From a virus, in IMG/VR virus record IMGVR_UViG_3300033146_004974, positions 21,851 to 85,850 of that record: a DNA stretch of 64,000 nt. One strand, 5' to 3'. Under the pieces are notes generated by a model, which searched no databases, had not been told where the DNA came from, and worked only from the letters and a program-made list of their open reading frames with translations. A program made the position numbers and the translations under genes. Numbering within the stretch: position 1 is the first letter of the stretch; every line of letters begins with the position of its first letter. Below are positions 39,509 through 49,374 of this stretch, one piece after another.

Positions 39509-40312
39509 ATGAGTCCATTTTCGTTTTTTGGTGCAATACTTTTGGCAAGCATACTACTTTTCTTTTTAAACTTGATTCAAGTGCCATATAGCAAATTTGG
39601 CTATTGGCTTTTCATTCCTTTTGGGTATCTTTTCGCGTCCGAAAAGGAAGAAAAGGAGAGAATTGTATATGATTGCACTTTAGAAGTTGAAAAGTGGATA
39701 GCAGAACGTTTCATCAAAGAATATATGTTGCCTAAAAGCGCTGAAGATCCTGTTTTAAATTTTGTCAAAATTCGATGGCATTTTCCAAGTCCCAAAACGA
39801 ATTTGGAAAAAGGAGTGTGGAATATCCTCGGATGGGAAATGGTTTTTGAAAATGACAAAAAGTACTTCACAACAGTTCAAGAAACTTTTTACAACTTTTA
39901 TATAACATTTGTTAATGATTCTTCGCATTATGGTTTCGTGACACCAATTCTTACAATTTATTTTGTCCATTTGTGGTTGAAAGATCATAAAATTCCAGAA
40001 GAATTGTTTGTGACTAATGAAGAATTGACCAATATTGCCCTAAAATCAAAAATGTTCTGGAAGTTCTGGTACAAGCATGGAGTCAAAACATTTTTGGAAA
40101 AAGATTTGACATTGAATGATGTCAGATTTCTCAGAGAATTTTTACCACTTTCAAGGGGATTTGAGGAATTTGATGATGATGGCTGGGAGATAAAAATTTG
40201 GAGTCATCTTGAAGGAGCGGAAAGCATCATTGAAGATCTTTATCTCGAAGAGGCTTCGAAAAAGGAACAAGATTTGAAAGAAATTCCACTCAGGTTTATG
40301 ATGAGTGAATGA
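39509..40312 (+). CDS. membrane-anchored protein, likely paralog of 38417
   Basis: N-terminal TM segments; shared IAL-x4-FWKFW. Confidence 0.65.
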   Translation: MSPFSFFGAILLASILLFFLNLIQVPYSKFGYWLFIPFGYLFASEKEEKERIVYDCTLEVEKWIAERFIKEYMLPKSAEDPVLNFVKIRWHFPSPKTNLEKGVWNILGWEMVFENDKKYFTTVQETFYNFYITFVNDSSHYGFVTPILTIYFVHLWLKDHKIPEELFVTNEELTNIALKSKMFWKFWYKHGVKTFLEKDLTLNDVRFLREFLPLSRGFEEFDDDGWEIKIWSHLEGAESIIEDLYLEEASKKEQDLKEIPLRFMMSE

Positions 40313-40354
40313 GATAAATATTACCAATTTCCATTCTACAAATTGAGGAAATAT

Positions 40355-41320
40355 ATGAGTTTTATTATACCTCTTCAAGAGATTTTTGAAGAAGAAACCC
40401 CAGAAGAAATTCAGGGAATCATGAAAAACATTCCTCAAGAAGTTTTAAACATTTTGAGGGATGTTCCTCCAGAAGTCGAAACTAAAGAGCCTGCAAATAA
40501 TGTTGACTCTTTGGTAAGACTTGCTAGCAAAAACGAATTGGATACGATTAGAGAAATACCGATCCCTGATTTAAATCCAAACTCATTGAACGCTGCGCTA
40601 AAAACATGTATTGCAAAAGATTATCGAGAGCTTTTTGAATATCTTTATGGTATTTTTAAGAAAACGCCAATTCATAGCAAGAAGACAAAGGTCAACGGAT
40701 TGTTTGAATTTTCAGTCGCCCAAAATTCGATATATTTTGTCGAACTGTTAGCGAACAAACACAAATATCTTGATCCTTTCCCACCGATGAATCGCGCAAT
40801 TTCTCATGGATTTGTTGATATTATCACAAAATTATTAAAAATTTTCCCAGAAATAGATAACATTTATGATTTTCAGAAATTTTTAACTCGTGCGATAAGG
40901 GATGATAATCTCATCTCCATCAAGTTTTTTTTGGATAAGGGTGCACTCATTCATTCTGATGTTGATAAACCATTTTTGGAGGCGTCAAAATTTTCACCCA
41001 ACTTCCTCAAATTCTTTTTTGAAAGCGGAGAAACAGTCCAGGAAGGAACAATGCGGCAAGCCCTATTGAACGCAGTACATGAAGGTTATCCAGACATTGT
41101 TGAATTGCTTGTCAAAAATGGAGCCAGCCTAGAGGAAGAGGACTTAGAATTCTTTTTCGAATATGATGGCGAAGATTTTTTTGATTATGTTCAAATCTTT
41201 ATTGAAAATGGTTTAAGCCCTCGTGCACATGATGATTATTTTTTGAAGATGGCTGTGGATCAATATGACACATTTATAATCAATTTTTTGCTTAGGGAGA
41301 TTGCAAAAAATGATTTTTAA
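40355..41320 (+). CDS. ankyrin-repeat-like protein
   Basis: AISHGFVDIITKLL, AIRDDNLISIKFFLDKGA, AVHEGYPDIVELLVKNGA. Confidence 0.8.
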   Translation: MSFIIPLQEIFEEETPEEIQGIMKNIPQEVLNILRDVPPEVETKEPANNVDSLVRLASKNELDTIREIPIPDLNPNSLNAALKTCIAKDYRELFEYLYGIFKKTPIHSKKTKVNGLFEFSVAQNSIYFVELLANKHKYLDPFPPMNRAISHGFVDIITKLLKIFPEIDNIYDFQKFLTRAIRDDNLISIKFFLDKGALIHSDVDKPFLEASKFSPNFLKFFFESGETVQEGTMRQALLNAVHEGYPDIVELLVKNGASLEEEDLEFFFEYDGEDFFDYVQIFIENGLSPRAHDDYFLKMAVDQYDTFIINFLLREIAKNDF

Positions 41321-42545
41321 TATTTTGGAAGAAGCAGGGAGCTTGAAAGGCAATGCGCAAATCGAATTCCTCAAAAATCACCGAAGCAATGAAAGATTGC
41401 AGTTCTTTTTGGAAGTTGTTTGCACAGATGTCAGGTTAAAATGCAAATTTCCTTCTGCAACCTGCTGCAAAAATGCAGAAGAATTTGATGCAGAAGAAAG
41501 TTTGGAACAAGAAATGAGGAACGCAATTGCGAATTTGTTTGGGACCGATGAGTTGCGTTCGAGGTTGACGAATCTTGCAGAAAGGTCTACAAATTTTCAA
41601 TTAAAGTGGATTAAAAGAATCTGGAACAAAAAGTTGAGAATAGGAATTGGCAAAAGAGTTTACGAGAAAGTGTGGGGAAAACCAAAAACAAATTTTTCTG
41701 TTTGTTTATGCAAAAAGTGGAAGGGGAAAGAATTTGCAACTGATGAATGGATTGCTGAACCAAAATTGGACGGAGTTCGTTGCATAATCTTGATTGACCA
41801 AAACGGAAATGCTATTGCTAAATCAAGGAATGGCAAAGTGCTCCCTGGCGCGAAACATGTTGCACAAATTTTAGGACAAAAAGTTTCCAACATTGTTCTA
41901 GATGGAGAAATTGTTTACAAAGATTTCAGAACATCAGTTTCATTGGTCAAATCTGAATCGAATTGGGAATCTTCAAAGCTGATTTTTCATGCGTTTGACG
42001 GAATGCCATATGATCTTTGGCCCCAAACTTGGGAGAAAGATATAAAATTCAGAAAAAGGTGGTTGCGTGAACAATTGAGCCAAGTTGATTCAAAGAATAT
42101 TGAACTTGTTCCATCATTTTTGATTTCAGAAAAGGGGAGCGATTTTGATGGTGCTTATCCAAATGGGATGGATGCCTTTGAAAATTTTGTTTCTCAAGGA
42201 TATGAAGGAGCGGTTTTCAAAAGGATTGAGAGTTTTTACAAGCATTCGAGGACAAGCGATTGGCTAAAATTTAAGCCAGTCAAAGAAGATGATTTTGTAA
42301 TCTTGGAAGTTCTTGAAGGTGAAGGAAGATTCAAGGGAATACTCGGTTCAATTGTTGTCGATGTTGATGGAGTCAAAGTCAATTGTGGAAGCGGTTTTGA
42401 CGACAATCAAAGAAAAGAGTTCTGGGATGATAGAGCTGAGTTGATAGGAAAAATCGCAGAAATTAGATATGACAACAAAACACCGGATGGCTCACTAAGA
42501 TTTCCAATCTTCAAGACAATTCGTTTTGACAAAACGGGAGAGTAG
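41310..42545 (+). CDS. lig: ATP-dependent DNA ligase
   Basis: EPKLDGVR, LDGE, FHAFD, EGAVFK, WLKFK, CGSGF, SLRFP. Confidence 0.93.
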   Translation: MIFNILEEAGSLKGNAQIEFLKNHRSNERLQFFLEVVCTDVRLKCKFPSATCCKNAEEFDAEESLEQEMRNAIANLFGTDELRSRLTNLAERSTNFQLKWIKRIWNKKLRIGIGKRVYEKVWGKPKTNFSVCLCKKWKGKEFATDEWIAEPKLDGVRCIILIDQNGNAIAKSRNGKVLPGAKHVAQILGQKVSNIVLDGEIVYKDFRTSVSLVKSESNWESSKLIFHAFDGMPYDLWPQTWEKDIKFRKRWLREQLSQVDSKNIELVPSFLISEKGSDFDGAYPNGMDAFENFVSQGYEGAVFKRIESFYKHSRTSDWLKFKPVKEDDFVILEVLEGEGRFKGILGSIVVDVDGVKVNCGSGFDDNQRKEFWDDRAELIGKIAEIRYDNKTPDGSLRFPIFKTIRFDKTGE

Positions 42546-42547
42546 CG

Positions 42548-43096
42548 ATGAGATATGGAAGGGTTTTCTACAACTTCTTTCAAGCTTTGAAGGAATCTGA
42601 AGAAATTAGTCAAACAATTTCAGATTACAACTTTGATCATTTGTTCGTAAGAATGGTCGAAAGTGATTCTTTCGAACTTCTTGAGCTTCTTTTGGAAAAT
42701 GGAGTTGTTTTTAGCAATTTGGATTATGGATTAACACAAGCTGCTTCATTGGGACATCTCGAAATTGTCGAACTTCTGTTGAACCATGGCGCTAATCCAA
42801 AATCTGGTGGCAATGAAGCTTTAAAATCGGCTGTTTTAAAGGGACACACAAGAATCGTTAAACTTTTTTTGGCACAAGGAATTGAATTCAAGTTGAGCGA
42901 TTCATTCCTCGAATATGTTTTCCAAAAAGAGAATCTGGAAATTCTTTCAATTCTGACCGGAGCAGGCTTCACCATTCCGAATCTTCAAAGTTTGATAGAA
43001 CGTGAGGAACAAATTTTTCTTGATTCGTTTAAATGGAGCAACTCAGAGAGAGAGTCGGCCAATTTTATCCTCGAATTCCCTGCTTTCTCTCATTGA
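42548..43096 (+). CDS. ankyrin-repeat protein
   Basis: AASLGHLEIVELLLNHGA, AVLKGHTRIVKLFLAQG. Confidence 0.85.
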   Translation: MRYGRVFYNFFQALKESEEISQTISDYNFDHLFVRMVESDSFELLELLLENGVVFSNLDYGLTQAASLGHLEIVELLLNHGANPKSGGNEALKSAVLKGHTRIVKLFLAQGIEFKLSDSFLEYVFQKENLEILSILTGAGFTIPNLQSLIEREEQIFLDSFKWSNSERESANFILEFPAFSH

Positions 43097-43100
43097 TTCT

Positions 43101-43155
43101 GAAACAGCGCAAATTCACGCGCAGCTTGACAAAACAGGCGTGCACACTCCATGCT
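43101..43155 (+). promoter_or_regulatory. promoter with upstream GAAAC box
   Basis: GAAACAGCGCAAATTCACGC...TTGACA 43126, 18-nt spacer, CATGCT; near-copy of 34268. Confidence 0.7.
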
Positions 43156-43188
43156 TGGTTCATGGGAGACACGCCGCAAGGGGAGAAG

Positions 43189-43377
43189 ATGAAAATTCAA
43201 GATCTTATCAAAAAGTTGGTTGAAATTGAAACAGAGCATGGGAATGTTTCTGTTTCAATTTGGGAAGGTCTTGAGATTCATCAAGAGCAGAATGTGTGCG
43301 ATATTTGTTTTCTTTCAAAAGACGAATTTCGCAGTATTGAAGAATCTCATGTTCTGATCATCCCCGGCCACGATTGA
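43189..43377 (+). CDS. hypothetical protein
   Basis: GGGGAG RBS; MKIQDLIKKL start. Confidence 0.6.
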   Translation: MKIQDLIKKLVEIETEHGNVSVSIWEGLEIHQEQNVCDICFLSKDEFRSIEESHVLIIPGHD

Positions 43378-43483
43378 TTCTTCAAAAAATGGGTCTTCGC
43401 ACGAGAGAGGAAAAGAATTCCGTTGATGCTTGAAAAAGCAGAAAAAGACAGCAAAATTTTTTTGTACCACCAAAGGAGAAGAA

Positions 43484-44323
43484 ATGAGTTACAATTACAA
43501 CACAGTTATTTATCACCGTGACCTTGATGGTTTCGCCGCTGCTTTTGCAGCTTGGAAAGTATTGGGCAATTCTGCCCAATATATTTCCATTCAATATGGG
43601 GAACCAATTCCAGATTTGGCTGGAAAGAACGTTCTGGTTGTTGATTTTTCATTCAAACGAGACGCGATGAAGCGTCTCGTTGAAGAAACTGAGGCAATTC
43701 AAATTGTGGATCATCACAGATCCGTTTCTTTTGAATTCCCGGACGGGCATCCGAACATTTTTTTAGATCAGTCAAAGTCTGGTGCGGTTCTCGCTTGGGA
43801 ATGGTTTTTCCCAAATGAAGAATTGCCATATGCTTTCGAGCTGGTTCAGGACGCCGATCTTTGGCGAAATGAACTTCCTGAAACTGATGCGTTTAAATTC
43901 GCAATCGAGTTCGATCTTGAGGCAGAAAACTTCCCCATTTTTGAAGAAATCATTGGGGAAGGATTTGAAACTGCTTTGGCCAAAGGGCAAGCAGTGGCCA
44001 ACTGGATTGACAAACAAATTGCGAACGATGTTCGCAAAAGTTACAAAATCCGGCTAAAACAAACAGGGGATATCTTCTGGGCTTTTAACGGGTTTACGCC
44101 ATGGTTGTCCAAATTGGGCAATCAATTGGCTCAAAAAGAAGAATTGGGGAAAGGCTTGATGTTCATCTTCAATGGTGAAAAAACCATTGTTTCAATGCGT
44201 TCTGTTGGAGCGCATGATGTCGGGCTTGTTGCAAAAGAATATGGGGGAGGCGGACATAAATATGCAGCAGGCTTTGAATGGACAAAACCCTTGGAAGAAC
44301 TTTTTGAAGTGGTTGAAGAATAA
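43484..44323 (+). CDS. DHH/DHHA1 family phosphoesterase
   Basis: YHRDLDG, VVDFS, VDHH, SMRS, GGGHKYAAG. Confidence 0.9.
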   Translation: MSYNYNTVIYHRDLDGFAAAFAAWKVLGNSAQYISIQYGEPIPDLAGKNVLVVDFSFKRDAMKRLVEETEAIQIVDHHRSVSFEFPDGHPNIFLDQSKSGAVLAWEWFFPNEELPYAFELVQDADLWRNELPETDAFKFAIEFDLEAENFPIFEEIIGEGFETALAKGQAVANWIDKQIANDVRKSYKIRLKQTGDIFWAFNGFTPWLSKLGNQLAQKEELGKGLMFIFNGEKTIVSMRSVGAHDVGLVAKEYGGGGHKYAAGFEWTKPLEELFEVVEE

Positions 44324-44339
44324 TCAACCACTTCAAAAA
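44301..44339. repeat. 16-bp perfect inverted repeat at gene end (terminator-like)
   Basis: TTTTTGAAGTGGTTGA / TCAACCACTTCAAAAA. Confidence 0.85.
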
Positions 44340-44469
44340 AACCCAGCGTTCGGTGAATGCTGGGAGGGGTTATAAGGGTATCGAAAGAAAAATCGTCTAG
44401 AACATGCCACAAGCCTAGTGGATGTGCTTGCAATAGATAAAGTTTTAGATTAATATTCGGAGAGAAATT

Positions 44470-44733
44470 ATGAGTTACCAATATCGTCCAGCCAAATTGG
44501 AAAAAATCATGACAGAATTTGGCTGGGTTTATGTCAGATCTGGTGTTTATTCTCTAAAAATTGGGGAATTGGAGCTAGCGAAAGTTCTGAAGGAGGGGAA
44601 AGACAAGTGGGTCATTAGACCAAATTTGATCTTTTCCGGTTTGAGCCAGTACGAATTCAGAACTGCTTCAGATGCCAGAAAGGAAGTTGCCAGATCGCTT
44701 CCTAAAGAATGGAGAATTTATGTCGCAAGATAA
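44470..44733 (+). CDS. hypothetical protein
   Basis: GGAG RBS. Confidence 0.6.
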   Translation: MSYQYRPAKLEKIMTEFGWVYVRSGVYSLKIGELELAKVLKEGKDKWVIRPNLIFSGLSQYEFRTASDARKEVARSLPKEWRIYVAR

Positions 44734-44782
44734 TTTGCGGCAAGTTCCCCAAAAACTTTTTTAACAATCAGTGAGGGTTAAA

Positions 44783-45598
44783 ATGGCCAAATCTCGAAAA
44801 GATATTTATTCTGAGATTACAAACAAAATGATCTCTTCCCTGAAAAGTGGGACAGTCCCTTGGAAAAAGAATTGGCAATCTTCTTTGCCAAAGAATTTGT
44901 CAACGGACAAGGAATACCGAGGGATTAATCTTTTGATCCTCATGAACACTGATTTTGGCACTCCTTATTGGATGACTTTCAAACAGGCCAAGAGCCTTGG
45001 CGGAAGCATCAGAAAAGGTGAAAAAGGGACAAGGATTGTCTTTTGGAAACTGGTTGAAAAGGGTGAGGATGATGAATTCGCAAAATTCGCAATCATTCGT
45101 CAGTACACAGTTTTCAATTTAGACCAAACAGAAGGGATTGAAAAACCAGTGGAGGAGGAAAAGAATCTTTCTTGTGAAAAGGTGGTGGAGAACTATCCTT
45201 TGCCACAACCTTCATTTAGATTTGGAAAACCAAGTTATTCTCCGAAGAGGGATGTTGTCTCAATCCCAAACATCTCAGATTTCAATTCTTCAGATGATTA
45301 TTACTCGACCTTGTTTCACGAACTTGCACATTCAACTGGACACAAAGAAAGGTTGGACAGGGGTTTTGAGGATTCTTCTCTTTCATTTGGCTCAGAAGAT
45401 TATTCAAAAGAAGAGTTGATTGCTGAATTCAGCTCGTCTTTTATTTGTGCCAAAGTCGGGATTGAAACTAATTTTGACAATTCAGCTTCTTACATTGCAT
45501 CATGGCTAAAGGTTCTTAAAAAAGATCCAAAAATTGTGGTGCAGGCTGCGCAAAAGGCGCAAAAAGTGGCTGATTTTATTCTTGGAAAAGAATGGTGA
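44783..45598 (+). CDS. ardC: ArdC-like ssDNA-binding antirestriction protein (zincin-like domain)
   Basis: VPWKKNW, YRGIN, WMTFKQA, VFNLDQ, FHELAHSTGH..RLDR, EELIAE. Confidence 0.9.
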   Translation: MAKSRKDIYSEITNKMISSLKSGTVPWKKNWQSSLPKNLSTDKEYRGINLLILMNTDFGTPYWMTFKQAKSLGGSIRKGEKGTRIVFWKLVEKGEDDEFAKFAIIRQYTVFNLDQTEGIEKPVEEEKNLSCEKVVENYPLPQPSFRFGKPSYSPKRDVVSIPNISDFNSSDDYYSTLFHELAHSTGHKERLDRGFEDSSLSFGSEDYSKEELIAEFSSSFICAKVGIETNFDNSASYIASWLKVLKKDPKIVVQAAQKAQKVADFILGKEW

Positions 45599-45619
45599 AA
45601 TATTCCGCAGAAGGAAAGG

Positions 45620-46489
45620 TTGATGTTATTCGAAATAGATTTGAAAGATTTTCCTTATAGAAATAGAGAAACGGTTTCTTACACTGAATTCAAAGTGTTT
45701 CAGGATTGTCAATTCAGACATTATATGTCTTTTATCAATCCTGAAACACCAATGGGAGAAAAGTTCCAAACTTTTTCTGGAATATTTGGAACAATGGTTC
45801 ATGAATATTTGAAAAAGATTGCTGTTAAGCAAAGAATGCTAAATCTTTTAAATCAAAGAAATTTAAATATTGCTTTTTATCAAAAAGAATTTAAATTCGA
45901 TTTTCTAAGGGAGCTTCGCAAAGCAAGTGTGCGCGAAGATTATGCCACAAAAAGATTGCTTAGTTCTCTTTCTGGGAAAAAGAATTACACAGAATTGAAA
46001 GAAATATTCATAAAGGCTGGGCAAAAGTTCTTGAATTATGGCCACTTTATTCTAACACAAAATTTAATTGTCGCAACGGAACTTGAATTGTACGACATGA
46101 TTCCTGATATTTCGCCAAATCTTCGTAAATTCAAGGGGGCAATTGATTTAGTCACATATGATAATGATTCCAAAAAGTTCGGAATCATTGAGTGGAAAAC
46201 TTCTTATAGAGAGGTGGAACACGATCCCCGTCAATTGTTGCTGTATAAATATTTTCTGGCAAAAGATTTGAAGCTCCCTCTTGATAGGTTCAAAACATAT
46301 TTTTGTGAATTTCGTGTCTCAACAATGGATCATAAATTTACAGAAGTTCCGTCGAATTCTTCTTATATGGAGAATGTTATGGAACCTTTGAAGAATTTTG
46401 TTCTAACTTTGAAGACTAAAAAAGTTTCGAGAAAAGTTGGGAAGAGATGTGATTTTTGCCGCTTTCAAGATCTTTGCGAGATGTTCTGA
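45620..46489 (+). CDS. PD-(D/E)XK nuclease (Cas4/AddB-like)
   Basis: SYT...CQFRHY, GTMVH, GAIDLV, IIEWKTS, QLLLY, CDFC...C. Confidence 0.85.
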   Translation: MMLFEIDLKDFPYRNRETVSYTEFKVFQDCQFRHYMSFINPETPMGEKFQTFSGIFGTMVHEYLKKIAVKQRMLNLLNQRNLNIAFYQKEFKFDFLRELRKASVREDYATKRLLSSLSGKKNYTELKEIFIKAGQKFLNYGHFILTQNLIVATELELYDMIPDISPNLRKFKGAIDLVTYDNDSKKFGIIEWKTSYREVEHDPRQLLLYKYFLAKDLKLPLDRFKTYFCEFRVSTMDHKFTEVPSNSSYMENVMEPLKNFVLTLKTKKVSRKVGKRCDFCRFQDLCEMF

Positions 46490-46701
46490 TGAAGTATAAA
46501 ATTACTTCTTTTTATATTCAAGAACAAGCGTTACGCGGGATTGGTGATCTTTTTGTAACATATGTTTTGCGAAGTGACAAACGTTGCACTTACAGCTTTC
46601 ATTTGAAACTGGTTGATAACCAATTTGAAGTTTTCAAAGTGGGGAATAGAATCAGGAAAATTTCGTCATTTTTACCAAATTTTTCAAGAGATTGGCAGTG
46701 A
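46489..46701 (+). CDS. MKFR...WQ family small protein
   Basis: MKYK...VDN...FSRDWQ. Confidence 0.7.
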   Translation: MKYKITSFYIQEQALRGIGDLFVTYVLRSDKRCTYSFHLKLVDNQFEVFKVGNRIRKISSFLPNFSRDWQ

Positions 46702-46922
46702 GGTTCCGCAACAAGTTTGAAATAACTGAAGATCTTGTAAACGATATGTGGAGATGCTCTTTTTTTACATTGGTTATCGAATGTTGGACATGTCTTCACA
46801 TGTTTGAAATAAATTCGAATATTAATGTAAGAATTGATTTATTAACATTTGAAAAATATGACAAAACCAAATCATCTTCGCTATATCCTGAATTTCATAA
46901 ATTTTTAAGGAGTTGGCAATGA
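46698..46922 (+). CDS. MKFR...WQ family small protein
   Basis: GTG start, RFRN...IDL...FLRSWQ. Confidence 0.7.
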   Translation: MRFRNKFEITEDLVNDMWRCSFFTLVIECWTCLHMFEINSNINVRIDLLTFEKYDKTKSSSLYPEFHKFLRSWQ

Positions 46923-47125
46923 AATTCAGAAACATATATCATTCAGCGACAAGTCACATTTCGTTATTCACGTGCCGCCATATTAAGTTTCACACTTCTT
47001 TGGGAAGAAAAATGATTTTTAAAGATAACACAATAGATTATCAATATGAATGGAACACTGATTTTGATGGTTCGTCAAAGAAATTTTGGTATCCATTTAG
47101 ACAATTTGACAGGGTTCATCAATAA
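46919..47125 (+). CDS. MKFR...WQ family small protein
   Basis: MKFRN...IDYQ...FDRVHQ. Confidence 0.7.
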   Translation: MKFRNIYHSATSHISLFTCRHIKFHTSLGRKMIFKDNTIDYQYEWNTDFDGSSKKFWYPFRQFDRVHQ

Positions 47126-47150
47126 GACAGGAATCAGCAAAAGGAAAAAA

Positions 47151-47306
47151 ATGTGCAAAAAGAGAATCATTTTAGAAATTGAATTCCAGGATTTGAAAAG
47201 GAAATGCGAAAAAGGTTGCAAACATAAATTCTGCGATTGCAATATTGAAGAAGATTGCGAAAAATGTGGAGGATGCGGGATCGTCGAAGAGGATAAAAAA
47301 TCATAA
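47151..47306 (+). CDS. small Cys-rich protein
   Basis: CEKGC...CDC...CEKCGGCG; AAGGA RBS. Confidence 0.5.
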   Translation: MCKKRIILEIEFQDLKRKCEKGCKHKFCDCNIEEDCEKCGGCGIVEEDKKS

Positions 47307-47348
47307 GAGCACTCATCAAACATCCAACCAATTCGAAAAGGGGATCAA

Positions 47349-49364
47349 ATGTTTCACAAATTTGCAGATGCAGTTGCCAAGAAAATCTCTTCCTTTAGCA
47401 AAAAGTCCAACCAGGTCTTTCAAGTTTCTTTGACCAAAGAAGAAATTTGGGAGAAGTACCTCTCTTCTTTCCCGGCAGGAACCAATGAAATTTTCATTGT
47501 TCGTGCCGAACATGATTGCAGCACGTGCAAAAGTTTCATTCGTCAATATGGACGAATCGTTTTGCTTGAAAACGATGGAAAGAAATTAACAACAATTTGG
47601 GATGGCTTGGGGAAAATCCCTGAACCTTATCACACTGTTGTAAAAGAGTTGGCAAAATTTGTTAAAAATGCTGCAATCTCCAAACCTTTCTTCTTCACCG
47701 AAAGAAAATTTGGGAACCAACTCAATCGCAAAGAAAGAGAGGATGGAACCATTGAAAGGTTCTACCACTTCTATGGAAGTGCGGTTTCTATTCAGCAGAA
47801 GAAAAATGTCCCAAGACTTGTGGGCAATCTTGTCTCGCAAAAAGGGACTTTGCAAAGGGCATTGGAGGATTTAACTCTTGATTCTGCCGAAGTTGTTCTT
47901 GAATTGATTCAGCAAGGAAGTTTGTACCGTGGTGCCGAACACAAGAACGCGCTTCTGAATTTTGTTAAGGCAAAGAAGAAGTGGGAGAAATTGGCTCCCA
48001 AAATGCGCGAAAGATGGTTGTGGTTGAATCTTAAGAGCACGGTCACATTTTTGCGTAATTCTTCAATCGGCACTCTTCTGCAAAACATTTCTGCTGGAAT
48101 GGATTTGGATACGGCAGTTCGGAAGTACGAAGCAATTGTTGCTCCAGCAAATTACAAAAGACCGAAAGCAATCTTCACCAAGAAGATGCTTTCTGATGCC
48201 AAGCAAGCTCTTTCCGATGCTGGACTGCTTTCGGCTTTGAAAAGAAGATTCGCAACTCTTGATGATATCTCTGTCAACAATGTTCTATTTGTTGACCGTG
48301 ATCAACGTTTGGCGCAAGAATCTGACATTTTTTCAGAGCTTGAAACGAAAGCGGTGAGCAATCCCAAAAAGTTTGGGAAAGTTCAGGAAATTGGGATTGA
48401 AGATTTTTTGAAAAATGTTTTGCCTGGTTCTACCAAGGTGGAAGCATTGATCGAAAATTCCTTGAACAATAATTTTGTAAGTTTGCTAGCCCCATCCGTT
48501 CCAGATTCCAAGACTTTGTTTAAATGGGACAATCGTTTTTCATGGAGTTATAACGGGAACTTGACAGACTCCAGTATCAAAAGAAATGTTTCAAAAGCTG
48601 GGGGGAGTGTGACAGGAGTTCTCCGTTTTTCAATCCAGTGGAATGAAAATGGAGACAACCTGAATGACTTTGATGCACATTGTTTTGAGCCGGAAGGGGG
48701 AGAAATCTTTTTTGACAACAAAAGGAATGTGAAGACTGGTGGGGAACTGGATATTGATATCATCAATCCGAAGGGAGTGGCGGTTGAAAATATCACTTGG
48801 CCAGATTTAAACAAAATGCAAGAGGGGGTTTACATATTCTTTGTCCGCAATTACACACACCGTGGTGGAACAAGTGGATTCCGTGCGGAAATTGAAATGG
48901 GTGGAGAAGTTTTGAACTTCGATTATCCACATGATGTGCGTCATGGTGCCAGAGTGGATGTCGCAAAAATTTTTTTGAAAGATGGAAAATTCAAAGTTGT
49001 CTCATCCTTGCAACATTCACGAACTTCAAAAGAAATATGGGGAGTTCAAACAAACGAATTCAGCCCAGTTTCTTCGATCATGTATTCACCAAATTTTTGG
49101 GATGAAAAAACTGTTGGGAACAAACACACATTCTTTTTCTTATCAGGTTGCATCAACGATGGTGTTCCAAGGGGGATTTACAATGAATTTTTGAAAGAAG
49201 ATTTTAACAAGCATCGAAAGGTGTTTGAAGCGTTGGGAGGCAGCATCAAGATTCGAGATGAACCACGACAATTATCCGGTGTCGGTTTTTCGTCAACGGT
49301 TCGCAATTCGTTAACAGTTCGTGTGACAGGAAAGACTGTCAGAGTTATGAAAATCAATTTCTAA
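47349..49364 (+). CDS. conserved phage protein (671 aa) with DUF2135/YfaP-like internal domain
   Basis: HDCSTC, SLYRG, APANYKRP, DFDAHC..P, LDID, VENITW. Confidence 0.7.
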   Translation: MFHKFADAVAKKISSFSKKSNQVFQVSLTKEEIWEKYLSSFPAGTNEIFIVRAEHDCSTCKSFIRQYGRIVLLENDGKKLTTIWDGLGKIPEPYHTVVKELAKFVKNAAISKPFFFTERKFGNQLNRKEREDGTIERFYHFYGSAVSIQQKKNVPRLVGNLVSQKGTLQRALEDLTLDSAEVVLELIQQGSLYRGAEHKNALLNFVKAKKKWEKLAPKMRERWLWLNLKSTVTFLRNSSIGTLLQNISAGMDLDTAVRKYEAIVAPANYKRPKAIFTKKMLSDAKQALSDAGLLSALKRRFATLDDISVNNVLFVDRDQRLAQESDIFSELETKAVSNPKKFGKVQEIGIEDFLKNVLPGSTKVEALIENSLNNNFVSLLAPSVPDSKTLFKWDNRFSWSYNGNLTDSSIKRNVSKAGGSVTGVLRFSIQWNENGDNLNDFDAHCFEPEGGEIFFDNKRNVKTGGELDIDIINPKGVAVENITWPDLNKMQEGVYIFFVRNYTHRGGTSGFRAEIEMGGEVLNFDYPHDVRHGARVDVAKIFLKDGKFKVVSSLQHSRTSKEIWGVQTNEFSPVSSIMYSPNFWDEKTVGNKHTFFFLSGCINDGVPRGIYNEFLKEDFNKHRKVFEALGGSIKIRDEPRQLSGVGFSSTVRNSLTVRVTGKTVRVMKINF

Positions 49365-49374
49365 AGGAGTTCAA

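Noticed and set aside
45620-46489. Cas4 as evidence of a CRISPR-Cas system
   Set aside because: Solo PD-(D/E)XK/Cas4-like nucleases are common in phages, and there are no other cas genes or array.
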